A stretch of DNA of 29,697 nucleotides from Candidatus Poribacteria bacterium (lineage in GTDB: Bacteria; Poribacteria; WGA-4E; UBA9662), in assembly GCA_046582655.1 (NCBI GenBank), contig JAYGDX010000330.1:1-29697 (forward strand). Reading direction: 5' to 3'. Within the stretch, counting starts at the first letter, position 1. Every line of letters begins with the position of its first letter. The notes beneath the pieces were generated by a model. It made no database searches. It was not told the origin of the DNA and saw only the letters and a list, made by a program, of their open reading frames with translations. Shown here in pieces: positions 8,664 through 18,991 of the stretch. The translations under genes were made by a program, and so were the position numbers.

Positions 8664-9887
8664 CTACCACACCTGTTCATCGTAGGCCCGTCCGCCCGTC
8701 AACTCTTTGTCGAAACTCGGTCGAAACAGTTCTGTCAGAATGACTGGCAGTTCGCCACGCCGCGCTTTCATCGCCCATACCGGCGGGACGGAATGCGGTG
8801 GTTGGACGTGTCCACTCAGATCGTCCGCTTTCTTGTAGCAGTAGAGTGAGCACCATCGGGTCTCTTTGTCCAAGGCTTTGGGAGCTACCGCGTGCGCAGC
8901 GTGCGATAGGCAACAGACGACCGAGCCCGGCGGCAATGAGAGATGTTCGATTCGCAGTGGCTGATCAGTAACCGGATGCATTTGCCCTGCCAGCCAACCC
9001 TGTTGCATTTCTTCATCGCTAGCGGCTTGGCACCCAGCTGGGTCGCGAAAGAGATGGCTACCTCGAATAAGTTTCAGCCCCCCGTCGTTTTCCACTTCGA
9101 AGCCTTGAGGATAACAGAGGACGAGGTTGAAATTTGGCTGTGCTTGATATTCCAGCAGGTTGGCAGTACCGCGGTTGTCCGCTCCTCCTCCGATTTTGTG
9201 ACTGTGCCAAGCACCGCCAGCATAACCAGCTGGCCGCGTCAACAATTGGCTATGATCGAAATAGATGTCGTCGCAACCCAGGCACAGGCGTTGCAATTGG
9301 AGCATCTGTGGGTGCGTCAGTACGTTCATCAAGAACGGGACGTGCCCGGCTGGAAAATACTCGGCCAAAACACTGTGTTGTCGCAGCGTTTTAACGCCCG
9401 CTTCATCGTCGGTCTGCGGCACCATTTGGCTTCCTCCTAGGGCGTTGTTGATCTCATCCTCGGTGAGAGATTTTACCGGTAGTGTTCGACCAAGGGTATG
9501 CCAGTCGATCTGGGTCCAGTCCAACCTTAGCAACTTGTCGTTAAGTTGCTGCCCATATTTCAGTGCTTCTGTCCACTCCCTGATAGCTTCCGACGTCATG
9601 ATCTCTTTCAGGACAGCGTATCCATCGGACAAAAAGCTTGACTGATCGAATTGTTCTATGACCGCCGACATGTCGAATATGTCCTGGCGATTCGCTTCCA
9701 ACCGGTCCCAGTCATTGCCGGACCACTGCACTGGGGATTGAGCGTTAACCAAAAAGTCTGGGCGGGTAGCCTTGGCCAGTTCGCTGGTTGGAATCAACAG
9801 GAGCCTAGCTAACATTGGATATAGCACTTCAGTAACCAGAAGCGGGTTCTGTGGCATTGTCGGGACATATTCTATGCTTCCTTTCAT
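8664..9887 (-). CDS. Phytanoyl-CoA dioxygenase (PhyH)-like Fe(II)/2OG oxygenase with an N-terminal extension
   Basis: FLSDGYAVL, GGLKLIRGSH, LPPGSVV...SHAAHA and a TRW motif. The metal-binding site reads WHSH. Confidence 0.8.
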   Translation of the reverse strand: MKGSIEYVPTMPQNPLLVTEVLYPMLARLLLIPTSELAKATRPDFLVNAQSPVQWSGNDWDRLEANRQDIFDMSAVIEQFDQSSFLSDGYAVLKEIMTSEAIREWTEALKYGQQLNDKLLRLDWTQIDWHTLGRTLPVKSLTEDEINNALGGSQMVPQTDDEAGVKTLRQHSVLAEYFPAGHVPFLMNVLTHPQMLQLQRLCLGCDDIYFDHSQLLTRPAGYAGGAWHSHKIGGGADNRGTANLLEYQAQPNFNLVLCYPQGFEVENDGGLKLIRGSHLFRDPAGCQAASDEEMQQGWLAGQMHPVTDQPLRIEHLSLPPGSVVCCLSHAAHAVAPKALDKETRWCSLYCYKKADDLSGHVQPPHSVPPVWAMKARRGELPVILTELFRPSFDKELTGGRAYDEQVW

Positions 9888-10385
9888 GCTGGATCTTCCC
9901 TTTCGAGAGCTGACAGTTGTATTTTCTGATTGCTGGTTACAGCGTTGTAGGCCAACTTACGTTTGTTCTATTCAAATAGATAAGAATTTTCTGGATTGAT
10001 AGCTAATCGATAATAGTATGGGCAAAGTCTAGCACGCCATGTGTAGACTCTCAAGCAGAAAAAACTAATAATTTTGGACTCACACATAATGGGGATCGCC
10101 TAACCATCTTCATGAAATTCGTGCCTTGGCCACAGGCAATAATTAGTAGAAAAATCCACGCGTGATGTTTCAGCTTACAGGATACTGATCCTTGTCTTAT
10201 TTAGAAGTTTCCCGTTTCCCCTTTTAATTTGCGATGTTATCATAACTGTTTGAAACACACCTGTCAGGTTCGTCTCACATTATCATTCGTATGCTAATAA
10301 TTTGGATGATCTTCGATAATCAATGCCAGACCTGTTAACAGAATGACTGCTTGTAGGCTCAAACATCTGATTCAATCATAGTTCA

Positions 10386-12383
10386 ATGAAGAGAAAATCC
10401 ACTCATTTACTTACACCTCCCTCGTTTTACAGGTCAGATCTGTCCAAACTAAATCCTGTTTCATCGCCTGTCACTTTACGCGTTGTTCTGTTGGGCTGCA
10501 TGCTTTTACCTGTCAATGCTTATTGGATCGCAATGGTCGAAATGGTTTGGCATGGGTTCCATTTTTCCGCTACTTCCATTCCCATGAATGTTATCTTCAT
10601 TGTCTTTACCATCGCTCTATTCAATGCGCTTTGGCAACGTACTTCCGCTAGGGCGGGGCTAAGCCAAACGGAACTTTTGGTCATCTACACCATGTTGGCA
10701 ACCACAACTTCAGTCATTGCTCATGATAATATGGTCAGCTTGATGGGATTGTTCACGCATCCATTCTGGTTTGCTACAGCAGAAAACGAATGGATACAGA
10801 TTCTCCAACCGCACCTGCCGAAATGGCTGGTAGTGGAACAGTTCAATATAGCCCGACCTTTTTATGAAGGTGGCAGCAATTTTTTTACTGAAGGCTACTT
10901 GCGTTATTGGATTGTACCAATTCTGAATTGGACAGCAATTGCATCCCTGATTTTTTTTCTGACAGCATTTCTGAATGTATTTCTACGTCGCCGGTGGATC
11001 GAACAAGAAAAACTGCCATATCCAATAGTCCAGCTTCCACTAGATATGACCACCCCTGGAGTCCAGTTTTTCCGCCATCGTGGGATGTGGTTGGGATTCT
11101 TGATTGCTGTGGTTATCGAAATTATCAATGGCCTAAACTTCCTTTATCCTGTTGTTCCACTTATTCCAATACGTGAAAAAACCGCTGATTTATCGTTGTG
11201 GTTGAAAAACGAACCGTGGAATTCGATCGGGCCAACTTACCTACATCTTCGGCTGTTCATGATTGGGTTGTGTTTTCTGCTACCGCTGGATTTAAGTTTT
11301 TCAACAGTTTTTTTCTACTGGATTCGTAAAGCACAATTCGTTGGCGGAAAAGCAGCGGGATTTTACACAATTCCTTACTATCCTTTTCAATCCCATCAAG
11401 CAGCGGGGGCAACAATCGCGATTTTTGTGATAGTGTTGTGGGCAGGTCGAAAACACTATCAGGAAATTGCAAAAAAGATCATTGGTATGTTCACAATCAT
11501 TGATGATTCAATGGAACCGATGCGTTATCGAACAGCAGCGTTGGGAATAGTTGTATGCTTTTTGTTTCTGTATATCATTTGTAGCCGGGCAGGAATGTCG
11601 ACATGGGTATTTTTACTGTTCTTTGGTTTATACGTGATTATCTCTGTAACGGTAACGCGTATTCGAGCCGAACTGGGTCCTCCAGTGCACAACATGGGGG
11701 GGGTTAATCCACAAACGATCCTGATGACTGCTATGGGGACACGTCCATTTGGAACCAATAATCTTGTCGTTTTTTCACTTTTTTCATGGTTCAACGGCTC
11801 CAATCGGAGTCATCCGATGCCACACCAGCTCGAAGGTTTTAAACTGGCACACCGCACTGGGATCGGTCATAAAAGATTAATCTGGGTTATCGCCCTAGCC
11901 ATCGTACCAGCTGTCTTTTCTGCCTTTTTAATTTACCTTTACGTATTATACAGGTACGGAGCCTCAATTGCAGTTGACGCACCCGGGCAGGTATTGGGAC
12001 CTGGACAATCCACATATCAGCAACTTGCCAGTTGGCTGCAGTCTCCACGCCCGTCTGACTTGTACGGTACGTTGGCAATTCTTCTCGGATTTGCGTTCAC
12101 TATGTTTCTAGGAATCATGCGACTCAAATGTGTCTGGTGGCCGTTTCACCCAGTGGGCTATGTAACAGGCATTAACGGTGGTACTTTAGACCATTTCTGG
12201 TTCGCACTTATCATCTCTTCAAGTCTCAAATATTGCTTTCTCAAGTACGGCGGCGCCCGTTTGTACCGACGGACACTACCTTTCTTCTTGGGACTGGTTT
12301 TGGGAGATGTAGTCAGCGGTAGCTACTGGTCAATCCTGAGCGTAATTGTTCAAACGCCCTTATACGTTGTATGGTTTTGGTAG
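10386..12383 (+). CDS. Large polytopic membrane protein, DUF6785/DUF6784-like (putative transporter)
   Basis: 665 aa with many hydrophobic helices. Motifs WIEQEKLPYPIVQLP, TRIRAELGPPVH, HPMPHQLEGFK and WWPFHPVGY. Confidence 0.75.
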   Translation: MKRKSTHLLTPPSFYRSDLSKLNPVSSPVTLRVVLLGCMLLPVNAYWIAMVEMVWHGFHFSATSIPMNVIFIVFTIALFNALWQRTSARAGLSQTELLVIYTMLATTTSVIAHDNMVSLMGLFTHPFWFATAENEWIQILQPHLPKWLVVEQFNIARPFYEGGSNFFTEGYLRYWIVPILNWTAIASLIFFLTAFLNVFLRRRWIEQEKLPYPIVQLPLDMTTPGVQFFRHRGMWLGFLIAVVIEIINGLNFLYPVVPLIPIREKTADLSLWLKNEPWNSIGPTYLHLRLFMIGLCFLLPLDLSFSTVFFYWIRKAQFVGGKAAGFYTIPYYPFQSHQAAGATIAIFVIVLWAGRKHYQEIAKKIIGMFTIIDDSMEPMRYRTAALGIVVCFLFLYIICSRAGMSTWVFLLFFGLYVIISVTVTRIRAELGPPVHNMGGVNPQTILMTAMGTRPFGTNNLVVFSLFSWFNGSNRSHPMPHQLEGFKLAHRTGIGHKRLIWVIALAIVPAVFSAFLIYLYVLYRYGASIAVDAPGQVLGPGQSTYQQLASWLQSPRPSDLYGTLAILLGFAFTMFLGIMRLKCVWWPFHPVGYVTGINGGTLDHFWFALIISSSLKYCFLKYGGARLYRRTLPFFLGLVLGDVVSGSYWSILSVIVQTPLYVVWFW

Positions 12384-12500
12384 TGATCATCACATAACGG
12401 TTAAGAGGACTATTACCGATTTGTAATGTCAACATCAAACCTGTTAAAGCGAAAGACTTAGTACTGGGTACGAGTCTGGATATTTATTCTCCGGATACCT

Positions 12501-13645
12501 TTATGGGCCTTCCTCCTCAAACCGCCGCAAGTGCCGTTTGGGAAGTTCTCGATAAGGATACTGTGCCAGCGCATCTTCATCTAACTCTAGTCCTAACCCC
12601 GGTGCAGTTGGTAATTGGATGTAGCTATCTTCTACCGAAAATGGATTAATTGAGATCGCATCACCACACTCGGTAAAGTTGACAAAGTATTCGGTGATCA
12701 GGAAGTTAGGCATCACTGCGCACGCCTGTATCGTCGCTGCCAAGCCCACGGTCGTGCTATTGTAATTGTGTGGTGACATGGCAACCAAATATGGTTCTGC
12801 CATTGCCGCAATCTCTTTCAGTTCTAAGATGCCACCACAGTTACAGACGTCGGGATTCAGGATATCGGCGGCACGCTTTTCGAAGACTTGGCGAAACTCC
12901 ACTTTGGTATACAGTTCTTCACCGGTTACAACCGGGAGGTTAATTGCTTGCCGTACTTCGGCTAAAGCATCCAGATTGCGTGCGGAGACAGGTTCTTCGT
13001 ACCAGAATACTTGAAAATCTTCCACCATATTAGCCACGCGGATAGCATGATCAGGCGCCAGCCGTCGATGGACTTCAATCAGCAGATCCACGGCAGGTCC
13101 AACAGCTTCGCGTACAGCTGACACATATTCAACAGCAGTTCGTTCATCATCGCGGCTAATGTGCGCCCTCCATGGACCGGGGAAAGGATCGAACTTCATA
13201 GCCGTAAATCCCCGTTCAACCAGTTGTACTGCACTTTCAACGGACTCAGCAATTGTACTTCTACTCCAACCGTTGGCGTAGACACGAAGTTTGTCTCTGC
13301 ATGCGCCACCCAGGAGGTTGTAGACCGGAGTATTCAATGATTTACCCACAATATCCCAGAGTGCTTGTTCTATCCCACTAATAGCACAATAAAGATCCAT
13401 GGCACCACGTTTGCCAGCAAAATCGTGATATGCCATGAAGATAAAATGTTTGATATTGAAGGGGCTCCGCCCGGCAAGGTAACGTCCAAGCTGGTGAACG
13501 TGAATCTCAATAGCTTGGTCACGGTCGGCTTGCGTATAACACTCCCCCAGCCATGAATACCCTTATCAGTCTCAACTTTGACGAACAGCCAGTTCTTACT
13601 TGTACCAGGACAAACAAGAAACGTTCGAATGTTTGTGACTTTCAT
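12501..13645 (-). pseudogene. Mandelate racemase / galactonate dehydratase (DgoD-like) enolase-superfamily gene with one frameshift
   Basis: MKVTNIRTF...NWLFVKVETDKGIHGWG continues in a different frame as ECYTQADRD...AISGIEQALWDIVGK...WYEEP...TGEEL...PHN. The shift lies in a G5 run (forward C5 at 13544-13548); one extra G restores WGE. Confidence 0.85.
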
Positions 13646-14070
13646 CGGAGCTTATCCGCTTTACCAAACAGGTTTTCGATTGCCTGGTTGATACAAAATG
13701 ATGCGATAATGGAATCTACTGTATTTTACAATAACCAGCTAGGCGTCCCTAAGTTTACTGGTGTATTATATCAGCAAGTCAAGATGTCGTCTAGCGGTAG
13801 TATAAGTTGCTATACTAAGGAAAATACTGATTGGGATTTCTGAATGAAGACTTTAGAACGGGAACGTCAAGGAAAACCATACAGTATACAATTAATGAAA
13901 TTGTTGCTGATTGGGATGGCTCGTCTACCATTAGACAGATGCTGGATTGATTTCAAACAGCCAAGATCCAAAACAGCGCAACATAGTAACACATGTTTTC
14001 ATCTTTACCTTCAATCAAAATCGCGCTAAAATGTTTCACCCAGTTGGATCAGTCTAAGCAGGAGGATATC

Positions 14071-14865
14071 ATGGTTAAGAAATCAATTATCGCATTGATG
14101 CTCGTGGGATTGGCTGTCTTAGTCCATTCAGGGCCATCTGAAGAGGTGGTTGTTAAAAACATGAAGGATATCAAAGATCTCGATGTAAAACAAATAACGT
14201 GGGGAAAAGATGGGGCGAAGATGGTCTTAATTCCAGCACAAAGTTTTAATAAGGAGATCTTTGATCAAATCAGGAGTCTGGTGCCAAGTGAAATATTCGA
14301 AACATCTGGTGCTGTTTATATGGATTGTACTGAAGTGACGGTAGGACAGTTCAAAAAATTCCTGCAATCAACTGACTATAAATTTGATGGAGATCTGTGG
14401 GGAAAAATATCTAAATATTCACCTACTGATAGGCATCCGATGATTTATGTCACTTGGAACGATGCTGTTGCTTATGCCAAGTGGACAGGAAAGAGATTGA
14501 CAACAGAAGTAGAATGGGAATATGCAGCACGCGGAGGGTTAATAAATAAGGAATACTCGTGGGGTAATGACAAAAATATTGCTAGAGATAATGCTAATTA
14601 TAAAGGAACTAGTGGAAAAGATAAGTGGAAGTATGCCAGCCCAGTAGGTAGTTTTCAAGCCAATGGGTATGGCTTGTACGACATGGTGGGCAATGTCTCT
14701 GAGTGGTGCGACGATTGGTACGGTGATACACGCACCTCTCGCGTGTTGCGCGGGGGCTTTTGGGCTTTCAGTATCTTCGGTCTTAGCTTAGCTGACCGCT
14801 ACCACAAAGATCCAGATGATTCCTACTATTACTGCGGTTTTCGTTGTGTTGTGGATATGCAGTAA
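14071..14865 (+). CDS. Secreted FGE-sulfatase (SUMF1)/CLec-fold domain protein, probably non-catalytic
   Basis: AGGAGG SD before ATG 14071; signal-peptide-like MVKKSIIALMLVGLAVLVHS; TEVT, HPMIYVTWNDA, RLTTEVEWEYAARGG, NGYGLYDMVGNVSEW, RVLRGG and GFRC motifs. Lacks the catalytic CxxxxC of true FGE. Confidence 0.9.
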   Translation: MVKKSIIALMLVGLAVLVHSGPSEEVVVKNMKDIKDLDVKQITWGKDGAKMVLIPAQSFNKEIFDQIRSLVPSEIFETSGAVYMDCTEVTVGQFKKFLQSTDYKFDGDLWGKISKYSPTDRHPMIYVTWNDAVAYAKWTGKRLTTEVEWEYAARGGLINKEYSWGNDKNIARDNANYKGTSGKDKWKYASPVGSFQANGYGLYDMVGNVSEWCDDWYGDTRTSRVLRGGFWAFSIFGLSLADRYHKDPDDSYYYCGFRCVVDMQ

Positions 14866-15015
14866 CCCTCCGTCAATTCGAATGACTACCGCAATTTACC
14901 TCTTTCGTCTCAAACCCTAAATTATGTTGGAATGCTTTTCACAACTTGTTCAGCCTAAGCTAGTTGGTGAAGATACTATACCATCGTGCACTTTGCTAAG
15001 GGAGTCATTAAAAAC

Positions 15016-15610
15016 ATGAAATCAAGGGAATTAACGGCTATAGTTGTCGGAGCCGGTTGGGCAGGTGAAGGACATACTCAAGCACTACAACACTACGGAA
15101 TTGAAGTGGTCGTCATTTGTGCCCGCAAAGAGGATGTAGTCCAAAAAGTAGCGTCCTGATTAGGAATCCCCAAGGCTTCAACAGATTGGCGACAAAGCCT
15201 GTTGAAAATAAAACCTGATATTGTTTCACTGGCAACACCAGCGATCTTGAGAACTGAGGTTATTGAACTGGCAACTCAACTCGGATGTCATCTCCTCATG
15301 TGAGAAGCCGTTAGCCACGACAGCCGAGGAGGCACACCATCTGCACAAGATAGTTGAACAAGCAGGTGTTAAGCACACCTATGCCGCAACACATAGATAT
15401 GATCCAAGTGTCACATGGACAAATCAACTTATTACGAGTCAAACCATTGGTGATTTAAAGGGAAGTGATGTTATATTCTCGTTTCCGTTTGCAAAAGAGT
15501 TAAAGCCCTGGGAATGGATGAACTCATTACCACATGGCAGTGGTATGTTGAACAATGGGTTGATGCATTTACTTAGGTATGCTTGAAAAGATGACAAGCA
15601 GGAAATTTCG
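15016..15610 (+). pseudogene. Truncated Gfo/Idh/MocA oxidoreductase pseudogene
   Basis: MKSRELTAIVVGAGWAGEGH...; in-frame TGA at 15157-15159; frameshift near 15297 into CEKPLA; ends shortly after GSGMLNNGLMH. End coordinate approximate. Confidence 0.82.
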
Positions 15611-15802
15611 GAAGAGAGTCAGTTGGACTCAGATACCTGAATCAGGTTGACATAAACATAATATTGTTTTTTGTATACATGTGTTGATAGTGGCATCTTC
15701 TATCTCAATTCTGTGGCTATGCTACTGTGATTTTGTTGATTGATCTATTTAACCTGCCTATTTTTTTTAGCCCGATTACTAACGGAGATGGTTACCTGTC
15801 CA

Positions 15803-16195
15803 ATGCCGGGCATTAAGAATCTAGATAAACTGTTAAAAAATATATCTCCAAAACTTCATGATGACGAGTTTGTCTTTTGTTCATTTAAGTCTGCATATTA
15901 TGGAGATTTTGCAAGCCTCAATCCGATAGCGTCTTTTGCCGAGGATGAGGGCTTAACGTTAATCCTACTTAAGGATCATGCTGATAACCAACATATTCCT
16001 TATGACGTGCTGTTCAAGTTAATAACATTAACTGTTCACTCTAGTTTAAAATCAGTTGGCTTAACAGCGGCTGTGACCAGCAAGCTAGCGGAGTATGAAA
16101 TCAGTGCTAATGTTGCAGCGGCCTATTATCATGACCATATTTTTGTGCCGTATGAAAAAGCGAAAAAGGCTATGGAAGTTCTGCGTGAATTTTAA
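15803..16195 (+). CDS. ACT domain-containing protein (DUF2241-like)
   Basis: MPGIKNLDKLLKNISPKL...FVFC, FAEDEGLTLI, ITLTVHSSLKSVGLTAAV and AAYYHDHIFVP motifs. Start set at ATG 15803. Confidence 0.85.
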   Translation: MPGIKNLDKLLKNISPKLHDDEFVFCSFKSAYYGDFASLNPIASFAEDEGLTLILLKDHADNQHIPYDVLFKLITLTVHSSLKSVGLTAAVTSKLAEYEISANVAAAYYHDHIFVPYEKAKKAMEVLREF

Positions 16196-16280
16196 TCCTG
16201 ACAAAAATTGGTCTAAGGAAAAATCCGAAATTGTGAACATCCAGCAACAAGAAACCAAATGCGTATTTTCTAATAGCCTC

Positions 16281-17732
16281 TTAGTGTTGGCTCAGGTATT
16301 TAGCATAGCACCATTCATAAGCTCGTGATTTCCCCCAAGCGCTCTCTTGATAGTACTCGGCAACGATGGTATTGTGTTCTTCCGTCAGGCGATTGAGGTG
16401 GGCTGGATTGAGTAACGCATCCTTGGTACTTTCCTGCCAAGATCGCAATTGATCTCTTAAACGGTGTTGTTCTGCTTCGTATTTTGGCAACCCGGCGAGA
16501 TTATTAAATTCCCAAGGATCATTCTCTAGATCATATAACTCTTCGGCAGGCGGATTTTTGTAGGTTTGGTAGACCTTTCGGATCTGCTTATCGGCGGAGG
16601 CAATTTCGGCCACACTGGCTCCTGGTTCCCAGGAACCAAAACTGGATTCACCTGAATAACCAATGGCACTTGGACTGGGGCGATCCTGCAATAGATTCAG
16701 AATCAGCTTGAATTTCTGGTCCCTAACTGAGCGCTGTGGGAAATAAATAGGTGGGTGAGCACTACACCATTCGGCAAACAGGTATTCACGCCAGCAGACT
16801 GGAAATTCCTGAATTAATGGAACTAACGACTTACCCGCAACTGAATCTGGACAATCAGTCCCTGTGACTTCCATTATCGTTGACAGAACATCGACATGCG
16901 AAATTAACTCGTCTTTGACTAAACTTTCACTATTGATACTTGGCCAACGTAGAATGAACGGTATTTTCAACCCGCTTTCATAGATGGCAGTCTTACCCCT
17001 AGAAAATTGTGCGCCATGATCGGTGGTGAAAATGACTACCGTATTATTGGCTTTTCCCGATTGTTGCAGACGATCTAATAGTAGTCCAACACCCGTATCT
17101 AGACGGCTAATGCAATTGTAATAATCCGCTGTTTGTGCTCGTAGTCGAGGTGTATCAACCCCCACAAAGGGTAGTGTTTCCACGTCTTCTGCTTCGTAAG
17201 GCACTTTTGGAAGACCGAACTGTTGTCGGTGAAACGGCAGGTGCGCATCAGGATAGTTGACCATCAGGAAAAAAGGTGTGTTTGATTCAGTTACGAACTT
17301 TTCAGCGACTTGAGCTGTTTTTTGCATATCCCTGTTGGCAAAGCTGATGGAACTTGGATCATTCCACCAGAGGTCGAATGGAAATTCTGATTCTGGGTTA
17401 ATGTGAAGTTTGCCAATCAGCCCTGTTCGGTAGCCGTTAGCCTTCAGTAGACTGGGAATATTAGGGAGATTCTCTTCAACTGCATGAGCAGGGAACATAG
17501 CATATTTGTGGGTGGCTAATCCGATTTGACCATTTTGGTGAGGATAAAGCCCAGTTAGGATACTGGCTCGAGCTGGACTACAAACAGCTTGCGTCGTGTA
17601 AGCATTGCTAAAACGGATGCCTTCAGCTGCCAACTGATCTAGGTGCGGGGTATCCACAAACAGATCCCCGTAACATCCTAGGTGAGGTCCATTATCTTCC
17701 GAAACAATAAGCAGAACATTAGGATTGCACAT
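16281..17732 (-). CDS. S1 family sulfatase (N-sulfoglucosamine sulfohydrolase-like)
   Basis: PNVLLIVSEDNG, CSPARASILTGLYPHQNG, IGKLH, TTDHG and EELYDLENDPWEFNNLA. Start set at ATG 17732. Confidence 0.92.
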   Translation of the reverse strand: MCNPNVLLIVSEDNGPHLGCYGDLFVDTPHLDQLAAEGIRFSNAYTTQAVCSPARASILTGLYPHQNGQIGLATHKYAMFPAHAVEENLPNIPSLLKANGYRTGLIGKLHINPESEFPFDLWWNDPSSISFANRDMQKTAQVAEKFVTESNTPFFLMVNYPDAHLPFHRQQFGLPKVPYEAEDVETLPFVGVDTPRLRAQTADYYNCISRLDTGVGLLLDRLQQSGKANNTVVIFTTDHGAQFSRGKTAIYESGLKIPFILRWPSINSESLVKDELISHVDVLSTIMEVTGTDCPDSVAGKSLVPLIQEFPVCWREYLFAEWCSAHPPIYFPQRSVRDQKFKLILNLLQDRPSPSAIGYSGESSFGSWEPGASVAEIASADKQIRKVYQTYKNPPAEELYDLENDPWEFNNLAGLPKYEAEQHRLRDQLRSWQESTKDALLNPAHLNRLTEEHNTIVAEYYQESAWGKSRAYEWCYAKYLSQH

Positions 17733-18246
17733 CAAATAAGTACCACTCTTTTTCAAACAGCTGGCTAAGTAAAGGTTTTGGAACCCACGAGAAAATCCTT
17801 GGCACACATATAGATTTTCCATGCGATGTTGATTGAATTGTAATGTTTTTTAACATCCATTTGATGAAAACCTTGGAATTGGATTTCAGCTTTCTTAAGC
17901 TTAGATTTTGCTAACTGGATGAAATTTTAGCGCGATGAATGTTTCAAGACAAAGAAGTGTAGCTGAGAGGATATTATGGGTCACTTCACAATCAGGTCAT
18001 TAATCCTCCATAGGCACGTAACACCAAATTTGAATATATATAGCCACCTCACTAATGCAACTTGAAGTCCTTTCTTGACGTGCTAAAATAATATGCAGGT
18101 TTGAGTTCGCTCAAAGCCTCCATCATGAATTAAAGGTTAGAAAATCTCTAACTAATGAATCTATGTTGGTGTTTAAAAGAATCTCTTCCGATATATGTTT
18201 TGAAACATGAGGGTACCATTTAACACTAAGGTAACAAGGTGGTGCC

Positions 18247-18857
18247 ATGATGGCACACAAACAAAAATTATTTGCTAAAGAGGAAGCGTCCGTATGCGTT
18301 GCCGACTTCAATCTCAAGACGGCACAGAAAGTTGCTGATGATATTGTCGCCGCAGATGGGAAAGCAATTGCCGCAGACCTTGATGTTAGGGAACCAGACC
18401 AATGGTCAGAGACTATCGCGTTGACGGAGAAAACCTTTGGCTCAGTTAATATCCTGTGTAACAATGCCGGGGAAAACTTCAAGGTTGGTTTTGATGGTTA
18501 AATACTTGAGCAATGGTACTAACTATCATTGACACTGGCTTAACAGAGGCATTTCTAGGTACTAAAGCGGCAGTACCGGCAATGCGTCGTGTCGGTGGCG
18601 GCAGCATACTATACCAAGAAATATCCGCTGCGTTATTATCTCGCCTAGTCACGTTGACACGCCATTTATTTGGGACAACAGTCCCTACAGATCCAATGAC
18701 AGTACAATCAGCATCGACAATCCTAAGAATTGCCGACGGCGTATGGGCAACCCCGCTGGGACGATTGATGACTCCTGAAGGCATTACCAAGACGTTCCTG
18801 TTTGTCGCCTCTGAGGGAGGATCGATGATTACTGTGAATAGCGGCGCAGCTTTGTAG
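18247..18857 (+). pseudogene. Heavily degraded SDR oxidoreductase remnant
   Basis: Fragments LFAKEEASVCVADFN, FGSVNILCNNAG, FLGTKAAVPAMRRVGGGSI and TPLGRLMTPEGI...LFVASE, split by a stop. The YxxxK region is missing. Confidence 0.75.
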
Positions 18858-18991
18858 CCCTACCCAAAAGTTTTCAAGATTGGCATCCAACCTCGTTTAT
18901 ACTTCGACCCTTAACTAAATCACCTATGAAACTAAAATAGGGATAGTCGAAGAAAAGTTCCGGTTACAACTATACTCTAATTTACTTCTAT

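Noticed and set aside
14071..14865. Sulfatase-maturing formylglycine-generating enzyme for the nearby sulfatases
   Set aside because: The catalytic CxxxxC motif is absent and the protein has a signal peptide.
7290..15159. TGA recoding (Trp/Gly/Sec) suggested by in-frame TGA codons at 7290 and 15157
   Set aside because: Both genes also carry frameshifts, and intact genes here (GH2-like, DPP IV) end in TGA. Ordinary nonsense mutations explain them.
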